IMG/VR virus record: IMGVR_UViG_3300014050_000060
Location: 1 to 40,759 of that record
From: a virus
Taxonomy: Duplodnaviria; Caudoviricetes
Direction: 5' to 3' (one strand)
Length of the DNA: 40,759 bases
Below, in pieces: positions 34,172 to 40,759 of this stretch; position 1 is the stretch's first letter; each line of letters opens with the position of its first letter. The translations under genes and the position numbers were made by a program. The notes below the pieces were generated by a model. It searched no databases, was not told the origin of the DNA, and saw nothing but the letters and a program-made list of their open reading frames with translations.

Positions 34172-35734
34172 ATGCCAGACAACCTAACAGCTAAACAACA
34201 AGATTATAGCATTTTTCTTCCAGCCATTTCGGGATTCTATGCTACATTTATAGGCAAACAGCGCAATGAAAATTACGTAGATCCTGCACGATTTCCCCAA
34301 GGACTAGACAATCTTGAACAACTTAACTGGCTCAACAGCCAACAAAGTCTGTTTCCCTATCGTTGGAGCCTCTATTCAGGAGGACATGCCAATCTAGACC
34401 TAAACAAGCAGGACTGGAGCGAGGATATGGTTCGCAATCGCGAATCTGGAACTTTTATGTTGGGAGATTCCGGAGGATTCCAAATTGCCAAAGGACTGTG
34501 GGAAGGTGACTGGCGTGCTGGCAGTGGTTGTGCACGAGCGCAAAACAAAAGAGCCACAGTACTCAAATGGTTGGATACCATTGCCGACTACAGCATGATT
34601 TTAGACATTCCAACTTGGGTTATTCATGATCCAAAAGCTGCTCAAGCAGCAGGATTTAGTACCACAGACAAATCACTGGCGCTAGAGCAGGCAGTGGATG
34701 CCACCAAGTTTAACAACGAATATTTTATCAAGCATAGACTAGGTGTGGCCAATGGGGGTACTCGTTTTTTAAATGTACTACAGGGCGACGGACACCAAAG
34801 TGCCGATGTTTGGTACGATACCATGAAGCACTATTGTGATCCACAGGTCTGGCCCGGACGTCATTTCGACGGTTGGGCCATGGGCGGTCAGAACATGTGC
34901 GATGTACACCTGATTTTAAAACGACTAATTGTGTTAAAATACGATAATCTGCTGCAAGAAGGTGTACACGATTGGATGCACTTTTTAGGAACCAGCAAGC
35001 TAGAATGGGCAGTGTTGCTAACGGTCCTACAGAGAGCAGTGCGTCGGCATGTTAATCCCAATTTTACCATAAGTTTTGATTGCGCCAGTCCGTTTTTGGC
35101 CACTGCCAATGGTCAGGTCTATGTGGAAAATGTCTATCCCGAAATGGGCAAATGGAGCTATCGTATGGCGCCCAGTGCCGATGACAAACGATATGCCACA
35201 GATCATAGACCTTGGCAAGATGCTGTGGTAGCAGATCAAATACATCACACATGGACCAATAGCCCGGTCAGTGATCTGCTGACCATGCATGATATCTGCC
35301 ACTATCGCCCAGGAGATCTCAATAAAAACGGTCGAGAAGGACGTACCAGCTGGGATAGTTTTAGTTATATGCTGCTGATGTCACATAATGTTTGGATGCA
35401 CATTACTGCGGTTCAAGAAGCCAATCGTAGATTTGATGCCGGTTCCAGACCAAGAATGATGGAAAATCGTGGCCCCGGCGCAGAACGATTTGAAGATCTG
35501 GTAGAAGCTATTTTTGCAGCACCTACCAAACAAGAATCATTGGATATCATTGATTACTATTCCAAGTATTGGAGACAGATCAAGGGCACAAGAGGATTCA
35601 CCGGCGAAAGCGCCCTGAATGCCAATGCACAAGCTCAAAAACATTTTGAAATATCAGGTTCTCTTCGTAACGAAAAACTTAAAAAAACACAGGCCAGACC
35701 AGATGTATCACACAACTTATTCGAGGAGGTCTAA
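34172..35734 (+). CDS. dpdA: tRNA-guanine-transglycosylase-like DNA base-exchange enzyme (DpdA-like)
   Basis: GDSGGFQ, MILDIP, NVLQG, GWAMGG, HFLG, SFDCASP and HN motifs of the TGT barrel; folE and queD are nearby. Confidence 0.75.
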   Translation: MPDNLTAKQQDYSIFLPAISGFYATFIGKQRNENYVDPARFPQGLDNLEQLNWLNSQQSLFPYRWSLYSGGHANLDLNKQDWSEDMVRNRESGTFMLGDSGGFQIAKGLWEGDWRAGSGCARAQNKRATVLKWLDTIADYSMILDIPTWVIHDPKAAQAAGFSTTDKSLALEQAVDATKFNNEYFIKHRLGVANGGTRFLNVLQGDGHQSADVWYDTMKHYCDPQVWPGRHFDGWAMGGQNMCDVHLILKRLIVLKYDNLLQEGVHDWMHFLGTSKLEWAVLLTVLQRAVRRHVNPNFTISFDCASPFLATANGQVYVENVYPEMGKWSYRMAPSADDKRYATDHRPWQDAVVADQIHHTWTNSPVSDLLTMHDICHYRPGDLNKNGREGRTSWDSFSYMLLMSHNVWMHITAVQEANRRFDAGSRPRMMENRGPGAERFEDLVEAIFAAPTKQESLDIIDYYSKYWRQIKGTRGFTGESALNANAQAQKHFEISGSLRNEKLKKTQARPDVSHNLFEEV

Positions 35735-36247
35735 ATGAATAGACCAGGCTTTGACGATAGTAAATTTTTTGTAGGCACCGAGGTCGAACATAGTCCCTGC
35801 CACGGTCAAACAACTCTATTTGTAGTGGGACTAGCTGATATTCAAGACATCGAGACTCGAGCACAAGCCAACAACTGTACGCACATCTATTTTGGTGCCA
35901 ACCATAGTTTTCCTGTGATTGCCAGCAATAACATCGCAGTTTGGTCGGCTTGGGAGAGTATGATTAAAGCAGCTCTAAGAGCTCGATTCTGGTGTACTTT
36001 AGACTTAGATGTCGGTTGTGTTGCAGGATTACACGAATCGGGTTTGACTGAATTCGCTAAATTCGTTCCTATGATTTCGGTCAAACTGCCCTATTTACAA
36101 CTACTAGGATATAATGCTACAATTAAAATTGACGACACAGACTTTGACCACAGCAATCCCGGTGTATGGTGCCATCGTCTGCATCAACTTATGAATCCAG
36201 ATCGTTTCACAAACTGGGGCGAATATGAATCGGACACTCGGCTATAA
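35735..36247 (+). CDS. Hypothetical protein in modification cluster
   Basis: 170 aa with a GAGGAGG SD, directly after the dpdA-like gene. Confidence 0.8.
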   Translation: MNRPGFDDSKFFVGTEVEHSPCHGQTTLFVVGLADIQDIETRAQANNCTHIYFGANHSFPVIASNNIAVWSAWESMIKAALRARFWCTLDLDVGCVAGLHESGLTEFAKFVPMISVKLPYLQLLGYNATIKIDDTDFDHSNPGVWCHRLHQLMNPDRFTNWGEYESDTRL

Positions 36248-36255
36248 GGACCAAC

Positions 36256-36705
36256 ATGGAAGCAAGACAGCAAGCAATGGCAGAAACTAGACAGCGTATT
36301 CGAGATCGTGCTCAACGTAGGATTTGGGTGACGTTTAGGAAAGAGGGAATTCACAAATATCCAGCAGCGGCCACGGATCCAGCATTGGCCACAGGTGATA
36401 GGTACGATGTCAGTTTCCTAGGCTATCCACACAGACATATCTTTCACTTTACAGTCTCAATTGAAGTGTTTCATCTAGATCGTGATGTGGAATTCATACA
36501 ATTTAAACGCTGGCTGGAAAACCTTTACAGTCAAGGCACACTAGAGCTGGATTTTAAAAGTTGTGAAATGATCAGTGATGACCTTTATGAGCAGATCGCC
36601 ACACGCTATCCAGGTCGTGATGTAGAAATCACCGTCGCTGAGGACGGAGAGAATGGTGCCACAATCAGTTATCTTCGCAGTCAACCACAATTAATTTCTG
36701 TATAA
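36256..36705 (+). CDS. QueD/PTPS-like T-fold protein
   Basis: EGIH...HRHIFHF...SCEM...VAEDGENG is a His/His/His plus Glu arrangement like 6-pyruvoyltetrahydropterin synthases. Confidence 0.55.
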   Translation: MEARQQAMAETRQRIRDRAQRRIWVTFRKEGIHKYPAAATDPALATGDRYDVSFLGYPHRHIFHFTVSIEVFHLDRDVEFIQFKRWLENLYSQGTLELDFKSCEMISDDLYEQIATRYPGRDVEITVAEDGENGATISYLRSQPQLISV

Positions 36706-36712
36706 GAATAAT

Positions 36713-36943
36713 ATGAGCAAAAATCGCCTTAAAAAATACTTTACATTCAAACCCGAAGTTACTCGTATCTTCGATGAGCTAGACCAGTTTCGCGACTTCT
36801 GTCGCAACTTTGGTTATGTGTTCAACGAATCTCATCTAGGCAATAACCACAGTCCCTATGCTGATTTTCAGCGTTGGCGCAATGGCAAGTTCCCCAGAGA
36901 CAACTGGGGTTATATGATCAAACAAGGTCGTCGTAATGCGTAG
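36713..36943 (+). CDS. Small hypothetical protein
   Basis: 76 aa, overlapping the next ORF. Confidence 0.75.
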   Translation: MSKNRLKKYFTFKPEVTRIFDELDQFRDFCRNFGYVFNESHLGNNHSPYADFQRWRNGKFPRDNWGYMIKQGRRNA

Positions 36944-38114
36944 ATTATTCTATATGGGACTGGAAAAATACCGGGCCAGATACACTTATCAGCTTGAAGA
37001 ATGGAATCGTAGTGTGTTTGAGCGTAGGCGAATCAACTACCATATGGTCGAAGGGGAAACCTTAAGCGACGATCAGGCCATTGTCACAGGACAGGTCTTA
37101 GACGCACATGGTCGCAGTTACTTTGCCATGAGCCAGATGATGAATTTGGTCAAACTAATGAAAGCAGGAGCAGTGACCAGTGAGGATGTTATCTATTTTG
37201 AAGACATGTTCCAACCAGGCGTCGAGAGCTTACCTTATATTCTCAATCAAGTTGATGCCCAGCATCGTCCTAGGATATTTATTCGTTGCCTTGCACAAAG
37301 TATCGACCCTGACGACTTTGTTCATGTTTGGAATATGGAAGGCTGGATGGCTCTTTATGAGCACATGGTTAATTGTTTTGTTACAGGTGTGCTGGCCACT
37401 AACGAAGAAATGGTAGCACACATGCGTATTGCCGGATGGTCGGCCCCGATATACAATATTTCGGGCTTGGCCTTTGGCAAAACCGAAGTTCGCAGTCGCA
37501 TACCGGGCCCATTGCGGCCATTTCACGATCGTGCATTTAGAGTTGGATTCGCTGCTCGCACAGATCAAGAAAAGCAGCCTCATTTTTACTTAGATCTAAT
37601 AGATAAATGGTTTTCAAAGTTTCCAGATTCCAATGTAGAATTCGCTATTTTTAGTGGATCTAAGTTGCGAGGAAATGATCCAACTGCCATTGAAAGAATT
37701 CAACAATATCAATTGTCTGGTAAAATTAGAGTCTACGATGATTTAGAAAAGAATGACTACTACGATTTACTTAACAACAGCAGAGTGTTGTTTAATTGTG
37801 CTTTACAAGATTGGGTATCAAACACTGTCAGCGAAGCCGACACGCTGGGATGTAATGTACTTTACCCGGCCTATAGATCTTTCCCTGAGACATTTGCCAA
37901 TGACCATGAAAGACTTTACGTTCCGTGGAGCCACGATGACGCCATCAATAAACTTGAGCGTTTATTGACCAATCCGCATCCCAACTTGGGTCGAATCAGT
38001 GATTGGAACAACGGTACCGTAGATCGTATCTGTGACATCTTAGAGGGCCATGGTGAACAATGGCTGCGTATGAGCCGGGGCTATAGGCAACACGTAGCCG
38101 CAGCTAAATATTAG
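36936..38114 (+). CDS. GT-B fold glycosyltransferase
   Basis: VGFAARTDQEKQP, YYDLLNNSRVLFNCALQDWVSNTVSEA..LGCNVLYP..SFPE resemble a GT4-like C-terminal domain. Confidence 0.7.
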   Translation: MRRLFYMGLEKYRARYTYQLEEWNRSVFERRRINYHMVEGETLSDDQAIVTGQVLDAHGRSYFAMSQMMNLVKLMKAGAVTSEDVIYFEDMFQPGVESLPYILNQVDAQHRPRIFIRCLAQSIDPDDFVHVWNMEGWMALYEHMVNCFVTGVLATNEEMVAHMRIAGWSAPIYNISGLAFGKTEVRSRIPGPLRPFHDRAFRVGFAARTDQEKQPHFYLDLIDKWFSKFPDSNVEFAIFSGSKLRGNDPTAIERIQQYQLSGKIRVYDDLEKNDYYDLLNNSRVLFNCALQDWVSNTVSEADTLGCNVLYPAYRSFPETFANDHERLYVPWSHDDAINKLERLLTNPHPNLGRISDWNNGTVDRICDILEGHGEQWLRMSRGYRQHVAAAKY

Positions 38115-38130
38115 CGTCAAGGAGATAATC

Positions 38131-38436
38131 ATGCGTACTTTTATCATCAGTGCCGTTGCAACCTGTCTATTGGCGTTTGCTGTGCCTGCCCAGGCGCATG
38201 GGCATAGGTATGTGCATCGTCAGTATTACCCGGCTCCAATCTATCGTCCCTACTGGGTGGCCCCTGCTGTGATTGGCGGTACCATTGCCGGTGCTGCCAT
38301 CTATCATTATGCCAATCCTCCTGTTACCTATGTAGAGACTGTACCAGTTAATCGCACTGTTGTCTGTACCGAGTGGCGTGAAACACGCACCGAAGATGGG
38401 CAAATAAAACAAGAACGTACCTGTGTTCAACAATAA
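38131..38436 (+). CDS. Small exported Pro/Tyr-rich protein
   Basis: Signal peptide ending AQA, a Gly/Ala hydrophobic segment and a Cys pair; AAGGAG SD. Confidence 0.75.
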   Translation: MRTFIISAVATCLLAFAVPAQAHGHRYVHRQYYPAPIYRPYWVAPAVIGGTIAGAAIYHYANPPVTYVETVPVNRTVVCTEWRETRTEDGQIKQERTCVQQ

Positions 38437-38478
38437 GTAATTAGATAATCAATGTGCCCCGGCCGGGGCGGAGGTTCA

Positions 38479-39468
38479 ATGTCAAAGACAATCATAATCA
38501 CAGGAGCCACTGGCTATGTTGGCGGACACACGGCCCTAAGGTTTCGAGAGGCTGGATACACTGTGATTGGTGTAGACCGTCGTATCACTATTCCCGCCGC
38601 CTTAGAATATCTAGATGAATTTCTCTGTACCGACTTTGCCGACATAGTAGATTACTGTGCTCCGCTGCGTCAAGCTGATGCTATTATCCACTGTGCCGGC
38701 ACCAGTCTGGTAGGTCCTAGTATCACCGATCCCGGCGAATACTACAACAATAACACAGCCAAAACCAACCGTATGTTAGATTGGTTGGCTGCAAAATCTT
38801 GGACAGGCACTGTAATTTTCAGTAGCAGTGCTGCCATTTACGGATCAGCGGCTCGTTGTCCCATAGTCGAATCGTCGGCCTGGCACAGCCTACCCATTAA
38901 TCCCTATGGTTGGAGCAAGTTATTCACAGAGCGTGTGATCGCTGACCATTGTCGTGCTCATGGATTTCGTGGTATCGCACTGCGATATTTCAATGCAGCC
39001 GGCTGTGACATGCAGGGTCGAATGGGTTGTGTGCAAGATGGTACCCATTTGTTTACTCGTGTAGTAGACAGCATACTCAGTGGTCAAGAAGTTGTGATTA
39101 ATGGCAACGATTACGATACCAGAGACGGCACTTGCATACGTGACTATGTTCATGTGTGGGATGTTGCCCATGCACACCTCGAAGCGGTATGTCTAGCAGA
39201 AAGCCTACAGAACGGTGAATATCGTGCCTATAATTTAGGTTCCGGTCGAGGTTTCACTAATCACGAAGTTCTAGAACAGGTACGGTCATTGGCCGGCCAT
39301 GATATTAAGTGGCGTTATGGTCCAAGGCGAGAAGGTGATGCCGATGAACTCTATGCTGATCCTCGTAGATTCATGCAAGACACTACCTGGCAACCCAAAC
39401 ATAGCACCGTAGGAGACATTGCTACTAGCACTTGGAACTGGATGAAAAAAACCTACTATAACGATTGA
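38479..39468 (+). CDS. galE: UDP-glucose 4-epimerase-like extended SDR
   Basis: TGATGYVG, SSSAAIYG, YGWSK, LRYFNAAG, DGTCIRDYVHV, RREGD; ATG 38479 with GGAGG SD. Confidence 0.85.
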   Translation: MSKTIIITGATGYVGGHTALRFREAGYTVIGVDRRITIPAALEYLDEFLCTDFADIVDYCAPLRQADAIIHCAGTSLVGPSITDPGEYYNNNTAKTNRMLDWLAAKSWTGTVIFSSSAAIYGSAARCPIVESSAWHSLPINPYGWSKLFTERVIADHCRAHGFRGIALRYFNAAGCDMQGRMGCVQDGTHLFTRVVDSILSGQEVVINGNDYDTRDGTCIRDYVHVWDVAHAHLEAVCLAESLQNGEYRAYNLGSGRGFTNHEVLEQVRSLAGHDIKWRYGPRREGDADELYADPRRFMQDTTWQPKHSTVGDIATSTWNWMKKTYYND

Positions 39469-39494
39469 CAACACGGTCTAAATACAGTTACACT
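39465..39494 (+). promoter_or_regulatory. Composite promoter: sigma70-like with embedded GGTCTAAATA
   Basis: TTGACA-ACACGGTCTAAATACAGT-TACACT (18-nt spacer). Confidence 0.6.
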
Positions 39495-39535
39495 AACAGA
39501 ATACGGCAATCCTCTGCCTTATCATCGGAGCATAA

Positions 39536-40321
39536 ATGAACAACAATCAAAAACTAGTAGAAGAAGCACCTTATCATCCCGGTTATGAAGGTGCTGTATT
39601 CGACGGCTACGAAGGTTCTGTGTTTAACGACCCAGTGGGTCGACCAATGAGCCAAGTCATTCGCGAACGTATTAGACTAGCAGGTGCAAGATTTAATGCC
39701 AATGACAACATCGCCAAATTTATCAAACACGAAGATGAAATTGATCTTCTCATTGACGAAGTGGCCGACAAGTTCCAAGGTGTACTAAATAGTTTGGTAA
39801 TTGACACTGTCAATGATCATAACACGCAAGATACTGCCAGGCGTGTGGCCAAGATGTTTGTACGAGAAACTTTCAGTGGTAGATACAAAAATGTGCCCAA
39901 AGTCACTGCTTTTCCCAACTTAGGATATAAAAGCCTATACACCACAGGACCAATCAGTATCAGATCAACATGCGCTCATCATTTTCAAAATATCGTTGGA
40001 CGCTGCTGGGTGGGAATAGTGCCCGCAGAAGAAGTCATTGGTTTAAGCAAATTCAACAGGCTCGTGCATCACATCTGCGAGAGACCCCAGATCCAGGAGG
40101 AGATGACATCTCAGATTGCTGCTGCACTCCGCGACTATGCTCGGACCGAAAATATTGCCGTCGTCGTGAAAGCTGAACATCACTGTATGACCATGCGTGG
40201 TGTACGCGAACATGAGTCAGATATGACTACTGCAATAATGTTAGGCGCTTTTCAAACCGACCCGGCGTTAAAGAAAGAGTTTTACGACATTTGTCTTTCA
40301 ATGAAAGGACATGCCCAATGA
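39536..40321 (+). CDS. folE: GTP cyclohydrolase I
   Basis: TARRVAKM, RSTCAHH, IGLSKFNR, RPQIQEEMT, HHCMTMRG. Confidence 0.95.
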   Translation: MNNNQKLVEEAPYHPGYEGAVFDGYEGSVFNDPVGRPMSQVIRERIRLAGARFNANDNIAKFIKHEDEIDLLIDEVADKFQGVLNSLVIDTVNDHNTQDTARRVAKMFVRETFSGRYKNVPKVTAFPNLGYKSLYTTGPISIRSTCAHHFQNIVGRCWVGIVPAEEVIGLSKFNRLVHHICERPQIQEEMTSQIAAALRDYARTENIAVVVKAEHHCMTMRGVREHESDMTTAIMLGAFQTDPALKKEFYDICLSMKGHAQ

Positions 40322-40586
40322 CTACTAAAAAAACTACTAAAAAACCTCTATATCCACCGGACGATGGAGCTTTGATGCCGAACAGGTTCAGCAAATCAAG
40401 CGGTCGGCGCCAAAGGCTAAAAAAAACAGTCGAACTAGAAGTCGGCTGTCAATTGATGTGGAATTGGTCAAACCCGGAACAGTTGTGGGCAACTACAGTG
40501 TACGCACTGTTCATGACGACGGGCGTGTGGATTTAACCATTGATTGGGATCTGCTTAAGGCGCATGTAGCATCAGCTCGTGTGTGA
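40318..40586 (+). CDS. Small hypothetical gene, possibly split by a frameshift
   Basis: ATG 40318 overlaps the folE stop (MTTKKTTKK). The -1 frame is open from 40341 to TGA 40586. Confidence 0.4.
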
Positions 40587-40590
40587 TCCC

Positions 40591-40634
40591 GGCGGCCTTT
40601 GACATTCATCCCGCTTGATAAATTCTGCATGTCA
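40591..40634 (+). promoter_or_regulatory. Putative H-type pseudoknot in queD leader
   Basis: Stem GGCGG(40591-95)/CCGCT(40611-15); loop TGACAT(40600-05) is complementary to ATGTCA(40629-34). Confidence 0.45.
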
Positions 40635-40665
40635 TCAAACTTACTCGCATATAAGGAGGCAAGAG

Positions 40666-40759
40666 ATGACAAAGTTTGAACCTAGAGTATACAGATATAC
40701 CAGCACTAAAGAATACCACGACGCATTTCCCTGTGCTTACAGGCAGTGGCGAGCAGATA
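40666..40759 (+). CDS. queD: Probable QueD (6-carboxytetrahydropterin synthase), 5' end only
   Basis: AAGGAGG SD; MTKFEPRVYRYTSTKEYHDAFPCAYRQWRAD resembles phage QueD/PTPS N-termini; lies downstream of folE. Truncated by the window end. Confidence 0.55.
   Translation, partial: MTKFEPRVYRYTSTKEYHDAFPCAYRQWRAD

Noticed and set aside
39581-39628. Diverged 24-nt duplication in folE 5' end (GYEGAVFD/GYEGSVFN)
   Set aside because: Real, but lies in a variable N-terminal extension with no evidence of function.
12800-39813. Numerous 60-134 aa antisense or alternative-frame ORFs inside long genes
   Set aside because: They are nested in well-supported genes, lack SDs and motifs, and look like shadow ORFs.
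40599-40627. TTGACA in queD leader as a -35 box
   Set aside because: No good -10 at proper spacing; the hexamer is better explained as part of the pseudoknot pairing.
1-40759. tRNA/rRNA genes, integrase, transposase, alternative genetic code
   Set aside because: No cloverleaf or mobile-element motifs were seen by eye, and genes are intact and densely packed in the standard code.

Overview
This window is a segment of a large lytic dsDNA tailed phage, with a gene set like T4-related or jumbo myophages. The host is probably Gram-negative, since the phage encodes spanins. From left to right it contains: (1) a truncated collagen-like fibre gene and small genes on the minus strand; (2) baseplate and tail genes; (3) a short DNA polymerase III alpha-like fragment, GroES and a clamp loader; (4) a three-gene cassette with its own promoter (ParB/DGQHR protein, GIY-YIG-like protein, EHxxP HNH-like protein); (5) phoH; (6) a lysis cassette (Rz/Rz1-like spanins, GH19 endolysin, holin, lipoprotein); (7) DnaJ and ClpA; (8) a ~9.5 kb block of late genes that mostly share a T4-internal-protein-like N-terminal signal, including a cytidyltransferase, an amidoligase with repeats, a cysteine hydrolase, two ADP-ribosyltransferase-like proteins and a nucleotidyltransferase; (9) a family B DNA polymerase and sliding clamp; (10) a 7-deazaguanine DNA-modification cluster (DpdA/TGT-like, QueD-like, glycosyltransferase, GalE-like, FolE, truncated QueD). 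Two promoter classes are visible: sigma70-like and TAAATA late-type. Several hairpins overlap promoters, and there is a putative pseudoknot upstream of queD. All calls come from reading motifs by eye; no database searches were run.
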